In this document: positions 24,318 to 34,570 of the stretch, one piece after another
Numbering within the stretch: the stretch's first letter is position 1
Layout of the letters: every line of letters starts with the position of its first letter
Assembly (NCBI GenBank): GCA_026936335.1
Contig: JAPMXV010000021.1
Location: 1-64,000 of the forward strand
DNA from: Mantamonas sphyraenae STR306
Taxonomy: Eukaryota > Protista > CRuMs
DNA length: 64,000 nt
Direction: 5' to 3'
Translations under genes and position numbers: made by a program
Notes under the pieces: generated by a model
Databases searched by the model: none
The model's input: the letters and a program-made list of their open reading frames with translations, nothing else
What the model was told of the DNA's origin: nothing

Positions 24318-25445
24318 ATGTCCTCAAATTCCCCTCTCACCTCACAAGACACACACACAGACCAATCTGTGCCCTCACACATTCGCGACATCACCCTCCT
24401 CGAGCGCTTTCCCCACTCGGCAGACACCGTCGCCGAATCGCTCGCCTACTACCGCAACAGAGCCATCCAGCTCCTCAAGTACGGCATCGCATGGGACGGC
24501 TCCTACGAGGAGCTGGTTGACGACGACGGTGCCGTCTGGGGCGTCTGGGTCGCCTTTGACGTCCTCGGAATCGACGTGGTGTCTCGCAAGCGCCTGCCCA
24601 ATCTCTCTGACCCCGAGCACGACGACACCATCTTTGTGACGTCGGCCACAGAGTACACGCACGACCCCACGCTTCAGGAAGCTCTCCAGCACAAGGGTGA
24701 GCGCCTCCACTCCGTTTTTGTCCTCAGCCACCAATGCAACAAGGGCCACTACGGACGCTTCCTCCATGCGCACAAAGACCTCACCTACATCACCATGGAC
24801 GAGTGCCACCTCGAGTCCTTCTTTGCCAAGCACGGCATCAACGCCGTCCTCGTCAACCCACAGCCCTCCCTTCCCGAACGACTCATCACAGACACCTACG
24901 GTTCCCAGATCACAGCACGCAGCAAGGCGCACATGATCAACCACGTCGACGAAGGCATCTACATTCTGCGCCGCCTCGGCGTCTCATGCGCTGCCCAGGA
25001 AGCCTTTGCTCTGCATCCGCTGATGCAGATGGCTCCCGAGCTCGTCCCGTTCCGCTTCAGCCATGACGACTCCAAGAAACAACTCGACACAGACGCTATC
25101 ATGCTCTCCATGGAATACCGCTGGGTTGCCAACGGCTACCTCAGCAAGCACGACAGCCGCGACGACATCACCCTTTCCCCTCTCCAAGAGGTCAACCTCA
25201 TGCTCGTTGCCGACAAGATTCAGAACAGGAAAGACTTTGACGAGTACACACGTGTGGTCAAACACTCAAATGCGGATCGTCTCCACGAGTACTTTGCCCA
25301 GTGGCTCGACGCCCTCGGCATCGACGACACGCTGTACCAGGAGATCGTTGACGAGCTGTGGGAACGCACTGGAGGTCTAAAGATGGCCCACATCAACCGC
25401 ACTGTCCTCGAAGAGCGTCTTGCCACCCAGTCCACCGAGGAATAG
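24318..25445 (+). CDS. Intronless bacterial/phage-like protein with degenerate HD-fold (SpoT/Mesh1-like) C-terminal domain
   Basis: YG...ARSKAHMINHVDEG, AFALHPLMQ, MEYRWVANGYLS, LSPLQEVNLMLVADKIQNRKDF, YFAQWL; A-rich ATG context. Confidence 0.65.
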   Translation: MSSNSPLTSQDTHTDQSVPSHIRDITLLERFPHSADTVAESLAYYRNRAIQLLKYGIAWDGSYEELVDDDGAVWGVWVAFDVLGIDVVSRKRLPNLSDPEHDDTIFVTSATEYTHDPTLQEALQHKGERLHSVFVLSHQCNKGHYGRFLHAHKDLTYITMDECHLESFFAKHGINAVLVNPQPSLPERLITDTYGSQITARSKAHMINHVDEGIYILRRLGVSCAAQEAFALHPLMQMAPELVPFRFSHDDSKKQLDTDAIMLSMEYRWVANGYLSKHDSRDDITLSPLQEVNLMLVADKIQNRKDFDEYTRVVKHSNADRLHEYFAQWLDALGIDDTLYQEIVDELWERTGGLKMAHINRTVLEERLATQSTEE

Positions 25446-25490
25446 AACGGCACGTTCCCTCCATCGCCTCCAACCCATCTCCACTCCACC

Positions 25491-27594
25491 ATGGACCACA
25501 ACCACCCCCACCTCTCCATTTCAGAGCCACCTGCACTCGACTGGCTCCACACAGACTCTCCCACACACTCCACCACCGCTGCTCCCGTTGCAGTTCCCGA
25601 CAACCCCGACGACCAGGACCTCTTTGCCGCCATAGACGAAGACCAAGACGACAACCAACACTCCAATCAGGACAATCAAGACACACAAACACCATCTCCC
25701 GCACGCAATGCAACACACGTCTCCAACACCCGCAGGAAACGCACACTCGCCACCCCTGAAGACGACGACGCCTTTGAGGACCACGACAAACACGAAAAGC
25801 GGCAACGCATCGAGTCTCCCGCCTCTCCCTCCTCTCCCTCCACAACCTCTGCCTCCTCTTCTGCGCGCCACCAGGTACGCCCGTGCCCCTCTGCCCTCGT
25901 TCCCACCCACTTCCTCCGATGATGATTGCCCGCCACCGCAAAACCCCGCGCTCACCCCACATCCACAGGATTGCCCCATCTGCACTCTCCCATTTGCCAC
26001 TGTGGGAGAACATCGCACAGTGTGTCCCCCCTGTGGCCATCTCTTTGGCAACTCCTGCCTCAAGCGATGGGGCGCCGAAAAGGCCGCCCAGGCCAAGCAA
26101 GGCCGCACAAAGCGCAAAAAGGCAATGTGGACATGCCCTCTGTGCAATCTTCGGTTCAAGCGCACAGACGTACGTGCCATCATTATGGATCCTCGCACAC
26201 GTGTCGTCGATACCTCCCAGCAAGACCAACTCCGCCGCGAGAAGGACCAGCTCCGCCAAGAGCTCCAGGACGTAAGCATGCGTCTCGTAAACACACGTGC
26301 CAACTACGAGAAACTCTTGGCCGAACATAGACGCGTATGCGATGAACACACTCGTCTCCAGGCAAAGCTCAAGCGATTCACGCACCTCGACAGCAGCTCT
26401 GCTTCCGCTGCTGCCACCCACTCGCCACGCTCCAACACGCAACACCTCGCCTGCCCCCTCACCTTTTCTCCGCTTGCATCCCTCACCCTCACCGGATGTC
26501 GCGTCATGGACACAAACGTCGAGCATGGCCTTGCTGCCCTTCCCTGTCTCCCGTCTGCCTCCTCCTCCTCCTCAGCCTACATGCTCCAGCTCATTGACAT
26601 CAACACAGGTCAACACCAAAGCATTGTCCGCAACATCCACACCGCCATGGTCCGCGACGTCCGCTTTGCCCCTCGCCATCAGGATTGCCTCATCGCATCC
26701 GTCTCTCTCGACCGCACCCTGGCTGTACATACCATCCACGGCGACGCCCTTGTCCTGCGCACAAAGCTTTCCCACCCGGGCTGGTCCTGCGCCTGGAATC
26801 ACGCAGATCCCAACCAGCTCTTTGTCGGCCTTGTCACAGGCGACGTCCTCCTCTACGACATGCGCAAGACCTCATCCCACCTCTCACGCTGGCACACCGC
26901 ACGTGCAGGCATCCATAGCCTCTGCTACGTCGAGCAACCCATTGTGGGCACCAGTGGACGCGACCTCCTCCTCAACTTTGACACCTACGAAGCCAAGCTC
27001 CGCAACAGGTGCTTCTCAGACGGCCTTCTCCTCTGCGGAAGCACACGTGGCGTCTTTGCAATCGATATGGCCGATCTCCCACAAGAACACGACCATTCCT
27101 CCACGCCCATCCACCTTCTCGACGACGCTTGTGTCTCCCTCGACGCCTGCGTCGACACAAACCTCCGCACCACCCTCATGATTGCCACGCGAGACGCACA
27201 CAACCATGTCACATCCACCCTCCACCATCTCGACGCCTCAGCATCTCTGACCCGAGTCGGTCCAGACATACACTGCAGCGTCAGCAGCGCCCTCCAGCGC
27301 ATGCCTCTCCTTTCCATCGACGAGCGCATCCACATGGCCATCACCAGACTTGACCTAGACCTCTCGCCACACCCGTCCATTCAGCTCATCCCCTCGGGCA
27401 AAGACCAAGTCGTCGCCCAACTGCCTCTCCGCCCAACATCCTCCTCTCACCACGACCAGCCTCATCCCATGCCCACACATGTCCACCACACCTCCTGGCA
27501 GAATGGTTCCCGCCACCTCTTTGGCATCGTCCATCCCGACGGCGTCTCCCTTGTCTCGGCGACTGCCCACACAACAAAAACCGCCCATGTTTGA
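25491..27594 (+). CDS. RFWD3: RING + coiled-coil + WD40 E3 ligase, RFWD3-like; exons 25491-25874, 25969-27594
   Basis: CPIC...GEHR...CGHLFGNSCLKRW...CPLC; WD40 WSCAWN, VLLYDMR. Confidence 0.88.
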
Positions 27595-30500
27595 CTCCTT
27601 CAAAAAGAAAGTGCTCCACCACGAGTCTGTCTATGACTCGGGTGTCCAGCAGGATGCATTTGACCCGCGCATCACCCACCATGCAGGCGCCGCCGCAGTC
27701 TCCTGTGCCGCCTACGACCCGGTCCAGCGTCTCCTCGCCGTTGGCTCCGAGTCTGGCTGCGTAAAGGTGTACGTTGTGCTCCAAAGCTCGTCATCTTGAA
27801 TGTGTTCCCGCGTACATCGGTGTTGTCCACCCATCACTCACGTCATCCCTCCCGCGGCTCGACGACCCCCCTTTCCTTTTTCATTCCGGCAGCTTTGGCA
27901 ACGCCAACTCTGAACTCTGGCTCAAGGGCCGTACGCGCAGCCCCATCCGCTTCCTTCACTGGGCCATCAACGAGGGCATGCTCGTGTCCATCTCAGAAGA
28001 CAACACCTTTCAAATCTTCCAGATGGAAGCCCGCCGCGCCATTTGCAACCTTCAGCTCACCTGTGACGTCTCGTGTACCCTTATGCCCATGGAATCACGC
28101 TTCCTCTTTGTCGGCACCCAGCAGGGCGACCTCGTCGTCGTCAATGTCGAGCAGATGCGCCTCTCCCTGTATGCCGTCCCTGCAGCATCCGCCCTCAAGG
28201 GAACCAAGCTTGCCACAGCCGCTCCCGAACTTCAAGCCCTCGTCGCCCTTGACCTCATCCCGGACAACGAGGGAATGCTGGCCATGGCCTATCGCGGAGG
28301 CGTCGTCGTCCACTGGGATCTGGCCAAGATGAAGCCTGAGCGCGTCTTTAACATTGGCGAACCCATCACCGCCCTCGCCCACCGTTTTGACGCAAAGCAC
28401 TTTGCCGTCGCACACGCTCAGTCCGGCCGCATCTCCATCTGGCACACCAAGGATGACGACAAGCCCAGCGTCGGCTTCATTTCCACCAAAGCCACTGGCA
28501 TGGACGTAGCCACCCTTCGTTGGGTCGAAAACATGCTCTACATCCACGTCCTCGACTATGCCCTCATGCGCGCCGACGAGCCCATGCAATTGGCACGAGA
28601 CTCGCAAAAGAGTGCCAACAAGGCTCAGTCTCCTCTGGACATGCTCGTCATGGGCGACGTCGCATCAGTCGCCTTTGTCCTCCCGTCCCCCTGGCCTCTC
28701 GAACAAGACTCTGCTTCTGCCGTCTTTGCCATCAACCGCCGTGGACATATCGACACCCTCGACCTCTCTGGTCCACAGACGCGCTACCTCCAGCAAAACC
28801 ACAGCCTGCTCCTCGACCGCACCCCTGAACTTGGCGCAGACCTTGGTGCCGAGGTCCTCCTCGCTCGTCTCGTCCTCCACGCCTCTGAAGATCTCAAGGC
28901 TGACCTCGAAATGGCCGAGATCTCTCGCGGTTCCGACATTGCCGACGAGGGCAACGCATGGCCTGTTGTCGGCGGCAGCTGGACCGGCGAACGCGAAGAT
29001 TTTGCAAGCACTTTCCGCATGCTCATCACGGCACACAGCGACGATACTGTGCGGTTCTGGGACATGAGCACCGCTGCCACACGTCTCATCCACGTCCATG
29101 CATGCAAACGGCCAGAAAATGACCTCGCCTGCATATCTGCCCTCCACTTTTGCGACACAGGCCGCGTCCTCTGGGTCGGCTGGTCCGACGGCATGGCTGC
29201 TCTCTACCGCTTCACTTCCATGCCCTTTGAACTCGTCCACACCACTGTCGACCGGGACGGAAACATACACACAGACAACGATGCCGAACCCGCACACATG
29301 AATCCGGGCTTCGAGCAGATCCTCCGTGTCGCTGCACAGGGCGAAACCTGCCCGGTTGTCGACATGCATGTCCTCACCAAACCCAAACTGGCTGTCCTCG
29401 CATGGGCGGACGGCTCTCTCTTTATCCTCCGCTACGCTCGCCAGGCTGCCGAATCCTCTTTCGTCGCCTGCGTCGACGTCCCCGCGCTCAAGGAGCTCAA
29501 GAAGAACCGCAAGGCAGCTGTGACCGACGACCGTCCACGCATTGCTGCCATGCGTTGTGCCTACACCCATGCCCTGGCCCAGGACAAAGACGACGACGAC
29601 ACAGGCTCCGGCAGCAGCGCCAAATACGATCGACCTTGTGTCCTTGTGGCAGATGCTTGGGCACGTGTCTTTCAAATAGACCTCTCGGACGGCTCCTGCA
29701 TGGCCATCCTCGACACAGACAACGGCGTCGATCATGTGCGCTCGCTGCTCCTTGTCGACGGCGAAGGCGCGCCCACATCTCCCTGGCAGCTCGCCAAGGA
29801 GTGGCAAGAAATGGACTTTGGCTTGGATGATGACGACAATGACGACGACACAGGCGACAAGACACCCGCCGGTGACAACGACGACTCGGACGGCGACGAC
29901 GACGCAGCAGCCTCATCCTATGTTGTCCTCGTACTGCGATCACGCGTGGATGTCATAAGCGGCAAGACAGGCAAGCGTGTGGCAAGCAACGATAGCGTGG
30001 GAACCGCCGTGTCCGCCGATGTCGTTTGCAGCGAGGGCCAGAACGCTCTCGTGCTCATGGACGAAAGCGGCAGCATGGCCGCCCTGAGCATGCTCCAACT
30101 CAAAAACGTGTTTGACTTTGGCATCCGTGCCCTGCGCTTGTTTATGGACCCTCACGCACGCCTGCTGCGCCAAGGTCCCATTGTCACCCGAGACGGCGCC
30201 ATGCTCCTTGCCACGGCACAGGGCGAGCTCAGCGTCGTTCGCCTCCTCCTCATCGACCCCGAAGAGCTCACCCTTCACAGCAGCCACTACGGAGGCGTCG
30301 CCTCTGTCGACACCCTCCACGAAACGGGCCTTTCCCTGTACAAAGCAAGCATCCAACATCCCAAGCGACCCAAGGGCTTCTTCTCCTCCCTCTTTGGCTC
30401 CTCCTCCTCGGTCACCTCCTCCACCTTTCACGAACTGTTTGAAGGTGCCGAGGAGCCCCAGGACGATGCACACGGCAGCAGCAGCAGCAGCAGCAAGAGC

Positions 30501-30701
30501 GCCATCTCGTCTGCCTCGTACGAAGCCAGCGAAACACACCAAAAGGCTCTCGAAGCCATCCAGAAGCTTAACGAGCGAGGTCAAAAGATCTCCATGATCG
30601 AACAGCAGACAGCCGAGATGGAGGACGAGGCACGTGAGTTTGCTGAAGCCGTCGACGAGTTGGTGCGCCAGCAGCAGAACAAAAAGTGGTGGGAGCTGTG
30701 A
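27587..30701 (+). CDS. Tomosyn/Lgl (STXBP5-like) WD40 protein with C-terminal R-SNARE; exons 27587-27768, 27893-30701
   Basis: AYDPVQRLLAVG..SG.VKVFG, WPVVGG, LITAHSDDTVRFWD, LNERGQKI...KKWWEL. Confidence 0.9.
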
Positions 30702-30716
30702 AATTGGAATTCCAGA

Positions 30717-33314
30717 ATGCAGAGCATTGATCAACCCGTGCACCAGGAAACTATGGTGCATTGGATCAACTCTCTGGACGTGTGCCAACACGACACACGA
30801 CTGGAGGAAAGCAACCTCCTCGTCGACGAGTTGTCAACAGACCTCGCCGACGGCCTTGTCCTCCACCTCATCATGCGCCGCCTGTTTTCACACACACAAC
30901 CCGTCGTGGACGTTGACGTCAGCAGCTCATCCGTCGTGTGGAGCCTGTCCCTGGACGACGTCGACCGCATCGTGGCGCACAGCCTCGGCACACACGACCG
31001 CGACCACGACCTGCACCACAACCTCCTCTCCCTGGCCTCGGAACAGGCCTCACGTGACACCGAATTGTGTTCCTCTCCCATGAGTGTCAGCAGCGACGAT
31101 GGCCATTCGCCGACACACGCCCACCGTTTCGTGGCCGCTGCCCATCTCTTCTGTGCCCTCCATGCCGTCCAGATCCCAGACTCGCTCACCGATGTCAATT
31201 CCGCCGCTCATTCCATCCTCATGGGGGACGAATCCGTCATCTATGACGCCGTGCTCCTCCTCATGCGCCTGTACAAAGACGCCAATCTGCGTCCGTCTGC
31301 AAAAGCGCGCCAACGCTCTTCCACCCGCCGCCGTGTGCCAACCCGCACCACAAGCCCCGAGAAACCCTCGCCACGCGCCCGCGTTGTACAGGTTGCGCGT
31401 GGGGAACGTCCCATGCGCACCACAAACACGCCCATGCGACGCAAGCGCACAAAGAAGGAATGGGCAAAGCGGCAGCAACACCTCACCAACGTCTCTGTGC
31501 GCCAGTCGCAACTAGGCGGTGGTTGTGCACGTGTGGAGACACAGACCACAGTGTACCTTGACCCCTGTTGGCATGGCGACGAGGATGAAGTTGCCTCTCT
31601 CGCAGACGGCGCCAGCCCAAGCAGTCCCCAGCCATCCTCTTACCCCACCCTGGTCCTCATGGATGACCAACAGCAGCACACACCACCATGCCCCGACACA
31701 TCCAACGACGACCAGCCCGCCAAACATGAAAATCCAACCCCGAGCCGACCCGACCCTGAACCCAAAGTCGATCCAGAACCCGTGCGCATGGTCCGCTGGT
31801 GGGACGAAATCCCATCCAGCTCCTCTTCCTCGTCGGCTTCCTCATCCTCTTCTTCTTCTTCTTCTTCTTCTCACCAAGTGCAGGCCCTGGACGTTCCCAT
31901 CAAAGAGGCACAGGCAGAAACATACTTTGCCACCAGCACCACCACGGCCACACCCAAAGAAGCACCCGAATACGTCGATGCGCACACAAGAAAGGCTGTC
32001 GTCTACTGGCTGGCCCACCAGATTGGCTTTTGGGGCATTGAGCGCGCTTGGAAAGCCGTACGCCAACTTCAAGACGAGTGTGACGACTCCGCCCCCAGTA
32101 CATGGACCCTTCTGGGCGCCGACGCACACGCTGTAGCCAACCCATTCCTCAACGGTGTCCTCCTATGCGAACTTGTGGCTGTCCTTCTCGGCGTCCGCGT
32201 GCCAGGCGTCTTCTTCCATCCAAACCGCGCCGCCGATGTCCAGCGCAACCTCCAGGCCGCCCTCAATGTCCTGGTCCTGCACCACAAGCGTCACTCTGTC
32301 CCGTTGGCCTACCTCGAAGCACGCCATGACCTCCTCGATGCCTCGCACGAGTGGCAGTGGGGCATCCTGTTCAATCTGTGGCGCACCTGGCAGGCCATGG
32401 AGCCTCCACAACGCAGACGCTGTCGCTACCAGCCCCTCCTCCACCGATCTCGTCTCTACACGCGCCAACAAGACATCCAGTTGCGTGCTTGCGTGGTCTC
32501 CTTCCTCGACAACCTGCCTCTGTCCTGTGCCGGCGCCGTGGACGACATCGACTCCCTTGTCTCCTGGATCCGCGGCGGCACCGTCCTCTGTGAACTCGCC
32601 TCTCTCGTCACACACACCAACGTCGTGGCCACTTTTACAAACCCCACCTCCCGCTCAGCCGCCCTTGCAAACGTCCAGCTTGCTCTCCAGGCCCTCCGCC
32701 AATGTGCCAAGGTCAGCGGCCGATTCCTCCGCTGCGAACAAGCCGTTGTCGACGGCCACACCACCCTCATCATCGCCCTCGTCCACGACTGCTGGGTGGC
32801 CATGAGCCACGCCTTTCCTCGCTCCAGCCTTCCGTTCTGCCCCGAGGATGCACGGCCCTTTCTCGGCCACACAGAACACGACGCTCACTCCGTCTCCGTC
32901 TCCTCATCTGCCTCCTCTGCCTCTTCAACGTACACCTCCTCCCCGGATCCCGATCTTGACGAATGGCTCCTCGAGCTCCAACTGCACATGGGCATCGACC
33001 GCAACGACGCCGTTCAACTTGCTTGGGAGCGCAAGAACACCGTCGCCCTCATGGACGGTCTCCTTCTCTGCCGCCTTGTTGAGCACCTGTTTGACGCACG
33101 CGTCTCCAACACAGTCTCGTCGCCGACCACGCGTGCACACAGGATCCACAACATCGACGAGGCCATGCTGGTGCTGCGCCATCAGACCTCGGTCCCTCTC
33201 CACGTCCTCTGGCAAACAGACGCCCTGTGCATGGGACACACAGCCGCATGGGTATCTCTCCTTTCGGCCATTCGTCGTGGTGTCCAACGCGGGACCAAGA
33301 AGACCGGCAAATGA
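30717..33314 (+). CDS. Multi calponin-homology-like domain protein
   Basis: Four D/N/G-G-x-x-L-(C/H)-x-L motifs (DGLVLHL, NGVLLCEL, GGTVLCEL, DGLLLCRL), the last three followed by N-x-x-x-A-L/M. Confidence 0.65.
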   Translation: MQSIDQPVHQETMVHWINSLDVCQHDTRLEESNLLVDELSTDLADGLVLHLIMRRLFSHTQPVVDVDVSSSSVVWSLSLDDVDRIVAHSLGTHDRDHDLHHNLLSLASEQASRDTELCSSPMSVSSDDGHSPTHAHRFVAAAHLFCALHAVQIPDSLTDVNSAAHSILMGDESVIYDAVLLLMRLYKDANLRPSAKARQRSSTRRRVPTRTTSPEKPSPRARVVQVARGERPMRTTNTPMRRKRTKKEWAKRQQHLTNVSVRQSQLGGGCARVETQTTVYLDPCWHGDEDEVASLADGASPSSPQPSSYPTLVLMDDQQQHTPPCPDTSNDDQPAKHENPTPSRPDPEPKVDPEPVRMVRWWDEIPSSSSSSSASSSSSSSSSSSHQVQALDVPIKEAQAETYFATSTTTATPKEAPEYVDAHTRKAVVYWLAHQIGFWGIERAWKAVRQLQDECDDSAPSTWTLLGADAHAVANPFLNGVLLCELVAVLLGVRVPGVFFHPNRAADVQRNLQAALNVLVLHHKRHSVPLAYLEARHDLLDASHEWQWGILFNLWRTWQAMEPPQRRRCRYQPLLHRSRLYTRQQDIQLRACVVSFLDNLPLSCAGAVDDIDSLVSWIRGGTVLCELASLVTHTNVVATFTNPTSRSAALANVQLALQALRQCAKVSGRFLRCEQAVVDGHTTLIIALVHDCWVAMSHAFPRSSLPFCPEDARPFLGHTEHDAHSVSVSSSASSASSTYTSSPDPDLDEWLLELQLHMGIDRNDAVQLAWERKNTVALMDGLLLCRLVEHLFDARVSNTVSSPTTRAHRIHNIDEAMLVLRHQTSVPLHVLWQTDALCMGHTAAWVSLLSAIRRGVQRGTKKTGK

Positions 33315-33335
33315 ACAGAACAGAACAGCCAAGGA

Positions 33336-33998
33336 TCATTTCAATTTCCTCGCCTCTGTCGAGCCCTTGGGCGCCCTGTCCAAAACATTGTATGCCCACC
33401 ACAAGCGCTGCACAATGTTCACCGTCACACCCAACGAAAACACCCAATACATCGCTTGCAGATGCGCAGGAAACAGCAGAAACGCGCTGAAGCCCAGCAC
33501 CGTTTCTGTGCCCTCCACCAGTGCAGGCGGCATGGTGACCGTCGTCAGCTCCTTGTTTGCGGCCGCAGACAGGTTCATCTTCTCCAGGATGGCTGCGAGG
33601 AAAAACACAGACGCTGCGTTGACAAAGAACGTGCCAAGCATCACAGCGAGCGCAAGCCACACTTCGGCTTCCGCCCCGTCCTCGGCCAACACCAGGCCAA
33701 GGGGTATCAGCGTGTAAACCACAAAGTCGGTGATGATGTCCAAGTACCCTCCAAAGTCGGACTGTGTGCCTGTCAGACGTGCCACGGTCCCATCAAACCC
33801 GTCAGCAACGCGGTTTGCAGCCCAAAGGCCCAGCGCCAACCTGTGATCTCTACGCAGCACCAGCGCAAGGAACGACCCCACACCAAACATGAACCCAATC
33901 ACTGTGATCATGTTTGCACTCAACACGCGTGCAAGCAGCCGTGTCGGCCATGCCAGCAGCGACTCCTTCAGCTGCCGCGTGACCAAGTCCAGCGCCAT
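33336..33998 (-). CDS. CDP-alcohol phosphatidyltransferase family protein (YnjF-like)
   Basis: DGFDGTVAR...SDFGGYLDIITD signature; LVEGTET. Confidence 0.9.
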   Translation of the reverse strand: MALDLVTRQLKESLLAWPTRLLARVLSANMITVIGFMFGVGSFLALVLRRDHRLALGLWAANRVADGFDGTVARLTGTQSDFGGYLDIITDFVVYTLIPLGLVLAEDGAEAEVWLALAVMLGTFFVNAASVFFLAAILEKMNLSAAANKELTTVTMPPALVEGTETVLGFSAFLLFPAHLQAMYWVFSLGVTVNIVQRLWWAYNVLDRAPKGSTEARKLK

Positions 33999-34069
33999 TC
34001 TTTCAATGTTGCCACGCACGCGCGCATGACCATCATTCATTTTCCGTGCTCCTGCCCACACCCCATCCA

Positions 34070-34461
34070 TCACGCATCCTCGTCGTCGTTCTGTGGCCGC
34101 ATGTTCTTTGCTGCTGGCGTGTGCACACGTGTGCTCACCACCACCGCCTCCGCCTTCTTCTCCGGCGCCTTTTCCGTCGTCTCCACGCTCGCCTCAATGC
34201 CCTGGCTCGACTGTCCCTTGGTCGCCGTGCTCCCCACAGGACCTTGTCCACCAAGCACTTCCTTCAACACAAAGCCAATCCCTGCTGAGCCAACCACGGC
34301 CAGCGCCTGCCGTGTGCATTGACCCGCGTCAGCCGCCCTCTTCTTCCGCCCGCCTTTCCTCCCCCACGACCATCCCACACCCTCTCAAAAACCACACATG
34401 CAGCCCCTCCCACACGCACGCACACCCCATGGTCACAACTCACAAGCTTGTTCTGCGACAT
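34070..34461 (-). CDS. Small (~84 aa) protein with N-terminal hydrophobic segment; exons 34461-34444, 34306-34070
   Basis: ATG TCG CAG AAC AAG CTT|GTGAGT...GCTGAC...CAG|GCG CTG, in frame to TGA 34070. Confidence 0.55.
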
Positions 34462-34570
34462 TCTACTGTACCAACAAACAAGAAACAATGAACTGCGTGC
34501 GCCCTCGCACTCACACATTCACACAACCCACCCCACATCCCGTCACCCTCCCATCCCCCCATCTGCTATC

